Positions 51,969 through 64,000 of a stretch of 64,000 nt of DNA are shown one piece after another (position 1 is the stretch's first letter; every line of letters begins with the position of its first letter). The position numbers and the translations under genes are program-made. The DNA comes from Camelus ferus. Taxonomy: Eukaryota. The stretch is from positions 47,494,001 through 47,558,000 of the forward strand of contig NC_045696.1 of assembly GCF_009834535.1 (NCBI RefSeq). Reading direction: 5' to 3'. A model generated the notes under the pieces. The model had not been told where the DNA came from. It did not search any database and saw only the letters and a list, made by a program, of their open reading frames with translations.

Positions 51969-52699
51969 GTGATAAAGGAAAATTGACAGTGCCCAGTGCC
52001 TGAAGCAGTGCTTGTTAGTACATTCAGACAGCAGTGGGAGAGTGCTGGAGTCTTAGGGGACCCATGCCAGCAATGGGAATAGTCCTGAGCATTTGCAGAT
52101 TAAAATCCTAAATAGGAAAGGATTTATACAGTATTTTCAGAGCATGCTTAAGGTTTTCTCATTTTTCAAACAATGATTAAAATTTGTATAGACTCTGCAA
52201 GTCTGTGTTTCTACAATATTTAATGAAGGCTGTTTTGCCTTACTTTGTCATGCACTTAGCTCTCTAAAGGAGAGGTAGCTGAACCCTGCCACAGGTGATG
52301 TGAAATGAGGCCCAGGGCTTTTGTAACTTCAGTGACAAACGCTATTCTCTCTAGACAGCTTCCCTTCCCTTTTACTGGAAACATAATTCTTCTCTGCTGT
52401 GGGAAAGTCATTTGAACTTTCTAAAGAAAATCCATTCTTAAGATTCAGGGGAGGCTGATGATATTTGCTCCCACTGGATGGGGGGTGTATGAGCAGGGTT
52501 AGCCAAGCCCTCCATCCTCCTTGGCCACAGTGACCGATGCAGGCAATGACCCAAGACAATCACTCTTTGCTCAGATTTGATATACAGGTGCATAGGGAAG
52601 AAGGGGGAAGAAAGGGATATTGATAGAGCTGGAGCTATAGAGGTGAAGAAAGAGAAACAGAGAGGAATAGGGAGGTGAGGGAAGGGAGATTCTCTTCCT

Positions 52700-52940
52700 T
52701 TGGAATGGAGAATTGTAAAAATTTAAGTTAGATTCATTTGTGGCTATGTATCTCAGCCTAAGGGAGAGCACTGAAGAGAATGAAGCCAGCATACAGAGAC
52801 ATTCAAAGACGGGAGCTGCAGAGAGCTGATAACGTCCTCTGAGCCCCGTACTCCGCTGTCTGAATGTTTGCGAGTGAGGAGATTCTCTTTTCTACTTGAG
52901 CTTATTCTGAGCTAGGTTTCTGCTGTTGACTACTACAGTG
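52700..52940 (+). mobile_element. MLT1 LTR 3' part
   Basis: gaagagaatgaagccagcatacagag...tgagctaggtttctgc. Confidence 0.55.
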
Positions 52941-53269
52941 GAATTAATCTGCATCCTCTGGTCCTAAGCTGGCATAAGTACAGTCATCAGTTTACTCTAA
53001 ACCATGATACATGCACCTGTTAAGGTAAGACAGGTTAGAAGACAGGAAGAGGGAGCTTTATTTTCTACACCAGATTAAAACTGTATGAGACCGGCATAAT
53101 CCGAGTGGAAAAATAGGCTGTACACCCAACAGACCAGATCATAAATCTGGAGGCATCCAAAGTCCGATCAGATCCAGTTTTACTCGAGCTATAGGACCTG
53201 GAAGAGGAGCTCAGGGAGCACCAACAGAGGAAGATACACCCAGAATATTGTTGTTACAGCCCTTATCTT

Positions 53270-53470
53270 TCAGTTAATTCTCCCCAAATGCACCTATAAA
53301 TTCAATGCAGTTCTAATGGGAAATTCCAGCAGTGATTTTTATGGAAATTGACAAGCTGATGTTCCATTTTATATGGGAATGCCAAGGGTCAAGAATAGCT
53401 GAGACAATTGCAGAGAAGAAAGAAGATACCAGATATCAAGACATATTGTGTCAACAGAACAGAGTGTCTA
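53270..53470 (+). mobile_element. L1 ORF2 fragment
   Basis: ataaattcaatgcag...gaaattgacaagctgat...tttatatggg...caagaatagc. Confidence 0.7.
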
Positions 53471-54404
53471 TTCTTTTTTTCAATTTTAACCTTTGAACTA
53501 ATTTTATACTTAAGGAAAATTTGCAAAAATAGTAGAAAGCATTACCTTATATCACCATTTTATGACTGATTTTTAAAACACACTTTAAATTTCCCTCTAA
53601 TATTAGCATCTTATGATTGACTTTTAAAATAAATTTTAAATTTGACATGTGAAATTGCTTCTGTTTTCTTTAAATTTGTGGGGTTTTTTTTTCCTATTAT
53701 CTGTGACCTTGAAAACTTTTTGTGTTTGTTAACCCATAATCAGTTGCATTTTCTCCTTTGCAAATTTCCTTCCCAATCTTTGGAGCCTTACTCTTTTCTT
53801 GTTAATTTGTCTGAACTGTTATATTTAAAATGTGTTGTCACACTTGTACAAGTAAATTCAACATATTTATCTTTGAATTTCTTGATCCAATAGTTTTAGA
53901 TTTAAGTATTAGATTTCTAACTATTTGAAAATCTTTTGAGATTTTGAGAACCATTTTGCTCTTAATGGTGCCATATCATTCTACTCTTCGAGACTTTATT
54001 TTGAATTCTGAAAAGAGCCAGAAACCATTCCTAGTTAATTCAGGTAACCAGAGTAAAGATACAGTAATATCATTTGGTAAGCAAATGAACAAACCAAAAA
54101 CCAAAACCATCAGCCAGCTGTGAAGATGATATGATAGCATTATGATTTTCCTTTGTGATCCAGAAACTGCTTAAAAGGCAGTTTCAATAACATTGTAAAA
54201 ATGGCAGCATCAGTTGGATTACATGAGCTCCTACACAAGTTAATTTGAAGAATAATGGAAAAAAAATTATTTCTCCATTCTGACTTTTGTGACATAATGA
54301 AGGGACATGGAATGGAAGAGAGATGACAGAGAGACCCTGAAGAGCTCTGTTAGCACCATCACTGTTAAGATGTATAGTCATTGGCAACCTGTGTAATTCC
54401 TCTG

Positions 54405-55180
54405 TTCATTTAGCAAATATTTGTTGAGTGCTTACTGTGTGCCAAGCTCTGTTGTAAGTGCTGGAAATACGTTAATAAACCAAACAGCCAAAAATCTCTG
54501 CCTTGTAGAATTTGTGTTCTAATGGAGAGAGGCAAAGAATAAACAAAATAAGCCATGGAATAGTAGGTTGGGAGATAAATTTACTCCATAGTACTGGTGA
54601 AGTAGAAAGGGGCATACGGAGTGTGAGGGTGAGGAGAAGGAACGTTTGCAATTTTAAATAGGTGTCAGGGATGACCTCACTGAGAAGGTGACAGCTGAGC
54701 AAAAGCTTGAGGTGAGAGAAAAAAAGCAAGGTTGCTATCTGGGGAAAAGCGTCTCAGGCAGAGAGAATAGCAAGAAGGAAGTCCCTGCAGAGGGCTGGCT
54801 GGTGCCTTCGGTGTCTTAAAGAAAGTGGCTCTTGTGGCCGAGTGAATGAGGGGAGAGTAGCAGCAGGTAAGGTGGAGGGAGGGGCAAGGGCAGATGGTGT
54901 ACAGATCCGAAGGCCAGTCGGGGAAACTGTGGCTTTTATCTCCAGAGAGAATGGAAGCCACAAGGAGTTTCGAATGACATCATCTGCCTTTTACTTTAGT
55001 TGGATCACTCTGGCTGCTCTGCTGAGACTAGACTGTGGAGGGACAAGGGTGGAAGCAGGGAGACTAGTTAGGAGGTTGCCGTAGTAACCCAGGCGCTAAC
55101 GAAGGGCAGCCTAGGGCAGGCTGGTCCTGTGGGTGGTGGTAGCGTGGTGGAGAAAGTGGTCAGGTGCTGGATATATTTTG
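54405..55180 (-). mobile_element. L2a-like fragment
   Basis: ttcatttagcaaatatttgttgagtgcttactgtgtgccaag...ggatcactctggctgct...ggatatattttga. Confidence 0.85.
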
Positions 55181-56013
55181 ACTTAATATTCTTATATGTA
55201 TTACTCTAAATAATATATTAAATGGCCATTATAATATCTAAATTATCTTAGTAAATTTCTATTAGTTTTATATTATGTATAATATAAACTAATATTTATA
55301 TTAGTTCGTAAAGTGCTCATAAAGTATTAAATATTATGGAAATGTAAAGTGTATGATCAGAAGGAATGTATGTATGTGGTGGAGCAGGGACTGAGTGTAT
55401 AGTCTAATCATAAGACCTCTGTACAGACATGAGGGTCCTATCATTTTAGGAGCACAGGGAAAATCTTTACTCTGTATAACTGGCAGAGGACTTGTTCCCT
55501 GTCGGTATTTTAAAGCTTTTGCCCACTCGGAGATAATAGTTTATAGATGATTATTTTCTCAGACTTCATTAAAAGGGCCAATTAAGCATGGCTTGAGAAC
55601 CAAGAGATTTAAATGTCTGGGACAAGTATCTGGCCTCCCTCTAGGCCAGAATGGAAGCCATTCCCTAAGAAGTAACCTTAGTTCCATGTGTCTAAGGCCT
55701 GGAACATTCTACGAGTTAGAGGAAAAGCGTGTACTAAATGTGCACCCTGCCAGGCACTGTGCTAGGTCCTGACGTATGTTCTCTCATGCTGGCATCATAA
55801 CAGCTCTCACTAAAGTATTTTTAGTCTCATTTCATGGGTGTAGAAACAAACCTACTGAGGGAAAATGACGCATCGAGGGTAATACAATTAGTGAGCGATT
55901 GAGGCAGGATTTAAACTAGTCTGCATGCGTGCAGGACCGTGATCGCTTTGCTGTACCTTGCAGATGAAGTGTGCAGGACTCCACGACCCCAAGGAACTTG
56001 GAAGGTCAGTGCT

Positions 56014-56124
56014 GGGGACGGGTACAGCTCGGTGGTAGAGTGAGTGCTTAGCGTGCACAAGGTCCTGGGCTCACTCCCCAGGACCTCCATTTAAAAAAAC
56101 AAAATTTAAAAAAGTAAAATTAAA
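56014..56124 (+). mobile_element. Camelid-type tRNA-derived SINE with TSD
   Basis: GGGGACGGGTACAGCTCGGTGGTAGAG...GGTCCTGGGCTCACTCCCC then A-rich tail; flanks AAGGTCAGTGCT / AAGTTCAATGCT. Confidence 0.88.
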
Positions 56125-56514
56125 AGTTCAATGCTGGGAGACAGTGTGGGTAGATGACTCTGGGGCTGAGTCTCTCATAGAGGAAATGTGAGCAGCTGTG
56201 GCTTCCACACCTGGTCATGCATCAGGGATATCAGAGACATAAAAACATTCATTTTGAAAAAAAACTTTTAGGTGACTTCTATGTAGGCAGCCTGTCTCTA
56301 GTCTTCCCTTCCATTCATGATAGGGGGCAACGCAGAATGAGGGATAGGGACAAAAAATAACAAACGGAAACAGCCCATAGGTAGCAACCTGCAACTCCAC
56401 TGGCCATGAATCTAAAAAAATCTGGGCTTCATGCAATTTGTGTCAAACAAGTTTTCTTAAATTTTGTTTCCAAGTAACTAATCTCCTTGAGGTCCTGAGG
56501 TGTCATCCTCTGCA

Positions 56515-56690
56515 TTATGAAGGTTTCACAGAATCATAGACAACTGAAGGTGGAAGGGACCGCAGAGATTTGCTCCTTGCCCACACCCTCTTGAGAGCTG
56601 AGAGACCAAGACCCAGAGGGGTAAATGGCTCGTCCAAGGTCACCAGAATCCAGGTCTGGGTCTTAGTCCAGTGCTCCTTCCACCAAGCAA
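56515..56690 (-). mobile_element. MIR (MIR3/MIRc-like)
   Basis: gaatcataga...gaagggacc...gacccagaggggtaaatggctcgtccaaggtcac. Confidence 0.65.
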
Positions 56691-59037
56691 TTCTGCCTCC
56701 CTCCGTATTTTTCTCAGTGTTATCAGTCATCCTGCTGATAATACTTGGTACTCCCAGGGTTTAATCTGAATGTCCAATGTTGCCTACCTGCAGCTGTCCC
56801 CAGAAACAAACTCTAAGTGTTGGAAAAGCTATTCCCAGTCCACACTGTTCTAATGATGCAAGTTTTTTCAGTAAGCATAAAACTCCAGCTTGGTTTTAAA
56901 TGTCAAGACTTTTCTGGATTTCATTTTCATTGTAAAGGTTATTCTAATATAAATGGGGGGGGGAGCAGAGGAAGCAGGCTCTTTCTAGCACTTACTTTGT
57001 TTCTTTAATACAGTAACCCTTCTTTTAGGCCTCTTCATTTGCCTCTCAGTCATATGTTTAAACAAACTGTGTTCTCTCCTTAATTCCCCATTACATTTTT
57101 GCCAATACATTTTGGGAAGGAAAATGAAGGAAACATTTGCCCACCTAAACCGTCCTCCCGCCCGCACAGCCTACTGTCCTGCTTTAAAGCGCAGCTCTAC
57201 ATCAGCAGACTCTTCTCTACCAGAAAGGACCAAGACTTACTTGAAGGAATAGGTGGTCACCAGCCACTGACCTGAGGAGAAAGAAGAGAAACCACACTAG
57301 AGCTCATTCTCATCCTCAACTAGCTGCTGCTCCTCCCTTTCCTTTATGCTTCCTTTCTTTCTCGATATTTTGGGCCAGAGGATAAGGCCATCTTCTTTCC
57401 GGTGCATCTTCAACTATATAGAGGGATGGGAGTCAAATGACTTTAGCCTCCGTTTTTAAAGGGGAGGGGTTATTTTTATAAGGTAAACATTATTAGACCC
57501 TTTAATATTTTCCCTTTCATCTTTCCTTAAAAAATAGTATTCTTTTTTTCAAAGCATCAAAGAATTGTTAAAGAAAAAAGAGGAAGATACATCAGAAGAT
57601 CTAGGATCTCATTAGACAGTTATGATTCTGGCTGGCTTACTGCCCTTTGGTAAGTGGGAATGACAGTCTCAGAAATTAATTAAAGTTGAACTTCTTCACC
57701 CACCCATTTGTCATGGAATCCCTTGCCTGAAATTTTACTGTTAAACCATTAGGGGGAAACACACGAATTCCAATTAATTCAGAAAACTGTAAAATTAAAA
57801 AAAAAATCACTGTGCAGAAGGCTCTACTTAGAGCTTATCATCTAAAGGAGGAATTTAAATTTACTTTAAAATATTTAGTTCATTGAAGTATCATGACTTC
57901 ATATTTCAGTTAGGACTGTTTCCTCGGACTCAGGATCACGATGCTAAGCTGCAGAAGACAACATGGAGAAGAACATGACTTTGGGGAGATGTGACCTTAG
58001 AGATGGAAACTTGAAGAACAAGGCTCTGTTTTTCCAGCCTCTTTTTCTCCCTTACCTATCCATGATTTAATCTAAATTCTTCTGTACTTGAATTTCAGCT
58101 TATCTCCTTCTTAGGACCACCGTCAGCAAAACTATGAGGTAGACATCATTATGTGATTTGCTTTCTTATGACAAACAACTAACATCTTCACGTACTTCAA
58201 CCACCAGCCATGTTCCTAAGAAGCTGCTGTGTGTGTTATGTGGGCCTGGCCTGCCCTTCTTACAGATAAGCTTCCTTTGGAAAAGGAAGGGAGTACTGCT
58301 CTTATCTCTCTCCCATGTCAACTTGAGAAGAGGTTGACCTGGAGTGAGCATTGGGTACAGAGATGGAACAGAGCTTAGAAATCTAAGAGGCAGCATCCAG
58401 GGAAAAAAAAACCAAAAACAAAAAACAAAAAAACTGAAACCAAACCTGGCAAACTAAACAAACCAGTTATGGCACCAAAGGGGGTGATGAGTGGAGGAGG
58501 AAGGTCCAGGTAAGAGGCCACAGGTAACTGGAGCCTGGGGAGGCCAGATGAGAACGACAGGGTTCAAAGCATCCAGTGGGAGATGGCGCCTGGGATCAAG
58601 CAGAGCTTGGATGCTCTTATTACGGTGTCTGTGGGTGGGGAAGTGTCCTCAAGTTGTCTACTTGGCTCAGCCCATTTATTCTACCTGTGCTGCTAATTAA
58701 TCTATAAACCCTCAACTCCAAACCCATCCTTCCATATTCCACTCTGTGATGCTGGGCTGGTACCCTGCTGACCACATTGCTCTGTTACCACAGTTGTTTC
58801 CCTGTTAGGTTCAGCCCATAGCAGGTGATACTATCAGGCAATAATCTGGGGAAATGACATCAGTTCTTTGAGTCTCAGCTACCAGACATAAAGTGGAGAT
58901 AACAGCCACATCACTGGGCTGTTAGTATTCAACAGCCCACTCGGCACGATTCCAGGGTAAGTGCTCAGTACATACAGGGAGAGGGGGGAGTGGGTTTCCT
59001 GCCTTAAAGAGAATTGACCCTTAAGTCAGTCAGGGTC

Positions 59038-59450
59038 CAGTACTAGTCAGGATCCAGTCAGGGGAACAGAACACTAGTTACTTTAACAGAGAAAATTTAG
59101 TACCAGGAATTGGTTAAAAAGACACTGGAGGACAGAAAAAGCAAAGGGAAGACACCAAAGTAACCCAGAAATGTCAAGGAGCAGCTACCATTCTAGGCTG
59201 GAGAAACAAAGGGAAGAGGTTGAGATTAGCAGAACACAGAATTTTGGAAGGGGGATCTGGAACCCAGTTTTATGTGGAAAGGACATGGTGTACCTCAGAG
59301 GAATGTGGGGAGAGAGTGAAATCAACTACCACTGCCAGGATTAGGCTGTTGCTGGGGCGAGACTGTAATGATGTTTCCCTTTTCAATTCTACTGCTAGGA
59401 AGCTCGGAGTCCAATGGGTAGCCCATCTTTGGCAAATGAGAAGAACTTTG
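59038..59450 (-). mobile_element. ERVL-type LTR
   Basis: tactagtcaggatccagtcaggggaacagaac...ttaacagagaaaattta...ggaattggtta resembles an antisense ERVL LTR end. Confidence 0.55.
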
Positions 59451-60494
59451 TGGTATTACGCCTGCAATGATTTTTCTCACCTTACTTTGTGATAATTTTA
59501 TTTCAACGTATATTATGTACTTTGTAGATCTCAAAACCTTTTGGAAAATCCTAGAATATTTCCACCTCCATTTATACTACCTCCATCTGTCTCTTCATCA
59601 ATCCATTCATCTACAACTTTTCCACCTCCATTTGTATTTCATTTCTACTGCCATGTGTACCTCTATCTATACTTTATCCATATCTGTAACTGTGTGGGAG
59701 ACAGGGACAGTCCAGGTCTTTCTTCACATTTTCAGTTGTGTGTTTTTAACACAAACCTGACTATGAAAACATAATTAGGAAGCTCTTAACATAAAGATAG
59801 TTCATATCTGCTCTTCGACTTCCACTGTGTTTCCATGAGAAAGCCTTGTGTTGACAGAAGGAACTAATGGGCCTGTGATACAGAACCCAAAACTTAAAAA
59901 GTTCTAGCCCATCAAGAGATCCCATTCATCATTTCATTTTGGGGAAAGGATATAAAAAATGAAATGTCAGAGCTATAATGTCAGGACCGTTTAAAATGTC
60001 AAGTGCTTGTTGTTGCATAGCCTGGCTGTCTGCTGTTCTGATCAAACTTCCAACTGGCATAATAATTACAGATGATGCATTGCATTTTCATGCACAACTG
60101 GACCCCGATTTATAACAAATCTGATGGAAACATTCTGGTTGCCCAGCCAGAAATTTTCTCCTTTTACTACATACTTTAAGACTTTTCCTTTGGAGCAGAA
60201 CATTATTACTGATTCAAGACAGGATTCAGGGTAAGGAATGAGAAAGAAGGGCAGAAAAAAAAAAGTTTCTTAACAGACCAGAACTCAGTCATTTATAACA
60301 TACAGATGCAACAAGAGCCAAGAGGCAGCGAACGCATTTGCCAAATGCATGTTTAATCTGAGAAGAATGCTAAACTGGGGAGACACTGCCCGGAGAATCC
60401 AGCTCTGTTTCAAGATGCAGACTCATTAACGTGGGCAAGGAAACACACATGCGAGTTCTATTGTGAACTGATAGATATGGAGGCAAAACTTCAG

Positions 60495-60500
60495 TTTAAT
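60495..60500 (-). promoter_or_regulatory. Candidate ATTAAA poly(A) signal of GUCA1C
   Basis: tttaat on + strand, about 230 nt downstream of the ancestral stop position. Confidence 0.35.
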
Positions 60501-60729
60501 CATCACGTTCTAATCTGCAGAGAGCGAGCAGAATACATAAACAGAAGCAACAATGCTTCTGTCTAGCATCTTCATGGAAGTCTCTATGCGACTTCAGGTA
60601 AGTGAGGTATTCATAACCAGATACAAATTATCATAAAAACCTGAGATCAACAGCAGGTATGTACAGAAAGTCACACTTCTCCACTGAAAGTTTTGTGTCC
60701 TCTGAAAGTTGGGTAATGCTTTCCCGCAG

Positions 60730-60921
60730 CCACTTCATTCCCCCTTCCCTAAAGCAGCCTCGTCAGGGAGTTTGGAAGCCTCGCTCCTGTGTCTGGTAGC
60801 TTCCTGGCACTGATTACTCTCAGCACATTCTTTCCAAGCGCTTCAGCGTTTCCAGTCTTCAGAAGACCTTGATCTTTTTCTGTGCCATTGCTAATTCTTC
60901 TACATTTTAAAGTCAGTTCTC
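60730..60921 (-). pseudogene. GUCA1C: GUCA1C (GCAP3) last exon, apparently inactivated
   Basis: Minus strand gives GELTL...NGTEKDQGLL...NVLRVISARKLPD and, in shifted frames, PDEAALGK and MK. Recalled human: GELTLEEFINGMAKDQDLLEIVYKSFDFSNVLRVICNGKQPD...SPDKAGLGKVKMK*. Pyrimidine tract present but acceptor reads TGG; indels; stop position reads TGG; expected synteny downstream of TRAT1. Confidence 0.88.
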
Positions 60922-62384
60922 CCAGAAAAAAAAAAAATGAAAGAACAATTATCAAGAGGCTTTGTCTATACCACTCACGAGCATACACAGTATATTCACT
61001 GGTACTTTTACTGATAGTCCTTTGATAACTTTTCATCTCTACCAGACTCTCAATTCCTTATATAGAAAAGCATTCAATGGTAAGATTGCTCATGAAAATA
61101 AAGGTGATGAATACATCTATTTTCATCTTGAGCCGAGAACATCAGGCAATGCATCTGTTCACATGTACGTTTGTACCTCGACACAATGTTGATTATTTGA
61201 CCTTAAATTTTGAAGGTATGACCAAGTCATAGGAGTATGAAGATTGCAGATTTCTAAGATCAGAAGGAAATGACTGTTTTGCAAGGCTGTTTTTAATATT
61301 CTGCTCTCTGAGGAAATAATTCCAAGGACACTCCAAAGCTGTGCAAAAGGTTAAACATTCATTCATTCCATGTGTAATGACTGGTCACTAGTTCTCCTCT
61401 CCTCTTCTGATTTTTGATTCCTAATTTTGTCCCCTTAACTTAAGCATTAGGCCTACGCTGACCAGTCCAGTGCTATAAAACTATCAGCTTTTACCCTCGT
61501 GTTCTGGCCATGATGTTTTCCACTAACCTCATCCCACAAGACAACATTTTCGGGTGATGGGGGTGGGGTTGACTAAACCATTTGGATTGTAATTATGGGT
61601 GTATTCAAGTCGAAAGGTACAGATGCATTTCCTGATCTCAAGGAGGTTGTACTTCATAGGGTTTGTGGCTTGGTGGGAGGTTAGCCAAGGACAAGTGAAG
61701 TACGTTGAGTAGCTAGAAAACGTGCACCTGCGGCAGAAAGTCAGCAGGAACTGAAATCAAGTGTTATACTGCACCTGTGCGTTAATAGATAAAGATCTAA
61801 AACAAATAGACATATCTACAACACCACAGCAGTGACTCAAATATCAGTAAGCATAAAGTCACATTCTCATAAGATACTTTTCAGTTTCCATGGAAAAATA
61901 CAAAAATGTGTGTTTTTTGAGAGAAATCTAATCTTTGTTTCTTGTTTTCCTTATGCCAAAGAAGTCTGTGCAAAACCCCAGCTAACAGCAGGTAGGATTA
62001 GAATCCCAGGGAAAAGGCAACCATGGAATAAACCAAAGTGAGGTAGGAAAATCTGAAAATACAAAGGAGGGTTGCGTGTGTGGGCGGGGAGGGTCGCATG
62101 GAGGCAATGGTGGTAGGGCGGCAGCGGGGGGAGGGTGTCATAAATAACAAAAGAATAACCATCCTTTACAAAGGGAAAACACAGCTGCTAAATTCCCAAA
62201 AGATTTTTCAAATTTCTAGTGGCTCAGCACGACCAAAAAGAGAAGAGTGGAGACAGGGGAGCTGAAGTCGGTTTTGACCAGTTACGACAACACTTCCTCA
62301 TTACCGCTCCTGGCGAGGAGAGAAGCTGCATCCGAAGGGGCTGGAGTGCCGTTGCTGAGGTGGAAAAGAGAAAATAAAACATTT

Positions 62385-62545
62385 TCTAAATTGAGATATA
62401 ATTGACATACTGTATTAATTTAAGATGTACAACATGATCATTTGATACATAGACATTGTAAGATAATTAGTATGTAAGTTAACACCCATTCCCTCACATA
62501 GTTATAAATTTTTCCTCTTGTGATAGGAACTTCAGAGTTACTCTT
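62385..62545 (-). mobile_element. L1MA-type 3' end
   Basis: aattgagatataattgacatac...tgtacaacatgat...cctcacatagtta. Confidence 0.75.
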
Positions 62546-62639
62546 ACCAACTTAAAGATGGAATTCGCTGCTGTTTTACCACATTTTTCAAAATGTCTGT
62601 GAATTCTGCATATTCATTTTTTCCCATTAAATAACTATT

Positions 62640-62668
62640 CACATACACACACACACACACACACACAC
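62640..62668. repeat. (CA)n microsatellite
   Basis: cacatacacacacacacacacacacacac. Confidence 0.9.
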
Positions 62669-64000
62669 CTCTTTTCCAAAGTAAGCCAACCTCTACCTGT
62701 AGCAACTTGTCATGCTTACTATTTCTGTCTGACATACTTATTTGGAAGTTTTCCTCACTCCATTTGTTCATTTATTCATCAAACATTTATTAAGCCGTCA
62801 TTACAAGTGCCACATCCTGCACGGCACGGCTGCCACCAGTCCAGCCAGCTACAGAGCAGTGAAGGTGGGAGGGGCTCAGAAAACCCATGCTGATGAATTG
62901 CTTTCCTGTATCCATTGTTTTTAAATGCTGCTTCCTAATTCTCTTTAAGTTGTCTATCGAGTTATGTCCCAACAAATTAAAAGGGTGGTTTCTGGGTCTC
63001 CCTAGAAAAGATGGCCTGTGCAAGTCCAGAAATTTCCCATCAAAAGATCTACTAGCAGAGAGCCAAAGACAAGAGGTGGTTGGGCTGGAGATCGTGGGAC
63101 TCAAAGACCAAAAATGATTTGTTTGTTTTGTTTTATCCTTAAAAACATTTCAATCTTTTTGGGGTATCATTCAGAAATTTAAGAATTTTTATACATTATA
63201 TGAAATATGCACACAACTTGTATCTGCATTATTTAGGGCTGCTTGTTCTGTTGGTGAATATTCTCGCCTCCTGGGGACTCTGAAGTTCGGTGTCATGGGT
63301 GCTTTTCCATTGATCACCACCAGGTTCAGTTTTACTGGTGATAGAACCACTACCCACGAATATTAGCTTTCATCTTGTTTTTGTGATCTGGTTCTTTTGT
63401 TGAATATCTCTCAATCGTGGATTCCTTCTCATTAACATCTTAAATGTCTTTATAACGTCACCAAAAAATTACTCCCTCCTTTCAAAAAGCCAGAATTTAC
63501 TGTGCATGCCCACATGAGCATTTTTTGCTCCAAAGAAGTCAGCCTGGTTAGCAAAGAGCCTGTCTAAAAGGAATTGTTTGTCAATTCTTTGTAAGTCTTT
63601 TAAATTAAAACTTTATGAAAATTTATGCTGGGGCTAGGAAGTGACGAAAGATGAAAATGGGGAGTCCTGGGAAATGAGAACGACCAGATTTTCAAGGGAG
63701 GGTGCAGGATTTTAAACAACAAGCTTTGTATTCAAGGGCAAGGTAGCGCTAGCCGCATTTAGCAGCATTGTGTGGCGGAGCGTGGGCAGCCGCAGTCCCC
63801 TCCCTTCTGTAAGGAAACTGGATTCCCTCAGATCTCCTGGTCGTTCCCAGGTCCCCAGTTTGATCCACAGTGTTGCAGTCTTTCTGGTTAGGTGCTCCAT
63901 AAAATACCTTTATGTTCTGGCCCTGTTTTCTTTTACCCCGAATATCTGCTCAATAACCACCCTCTGTCCTTTCCTCTCTGGCCTTGTTCTGTCTCTTTTC

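Noticed and set aside
56014..56090. tRNA gene
   Set aside because: tRNA-like head followed by an A-rich tail and TSD indicates a SINE; same for 18514-18640
60749..61036. 95-aa minus ORF as an intact protein
   Set aside because: Intron plus the degraded GUCA1C last exon; the N-terminal part is pyrimidine tract and the frame diverges from the orthologue
60926..64000. GUCA1C exon 3
   Set aside because: No EF-hand-like sequence found on the minus strand; presumably beyond the window end

Overview
AT-rich, repeat-dense mammalian genomic DNA. It is probably from a camelid: the tRNA-derived SINEs start GGGGA(G/C)GGTA(T/C)AGCTC and the L1 3' ends look cetartiodactyl/camelid. The + strand carries coding exons 2-6 of TRAT1 (TRIM, T-cell receptor-associated transmembrane adaptor) at 3163-24024. 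All have canonical GT/AG sites and form one continuous open frame; exon 1 lies upstream of the window. About 36 kb of intergenic DNA follows, mostly L1, L2, MIR, LTR and DNA-transposon remnants. On the - strand at 60730-60921 is the last exon of GUCA1C (GCAP3), matching the TRAT1-GUCA1C synteny I recall. It looks pseudogenised: acceptor AG>GG, several indels, lost stop, and a clean 24-bp micro-inversion. Almost all other ORFs in the track are noise or L1 remnants. I found no convincing new biological system. The best leads are the GUCA1C decay and micro-inversion, a possible intronic-polyadenylation TRAT1 isoform with an ITSM-like motif, an orphan GC-box/CpG patch followed by a splice donor, and a 35-nt U2 snRNA retrocopy with a target-site duplication. 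Comparisons with human proteins and repeat families are from memory, and repeat boundaries are approximate unless a TSD is given.
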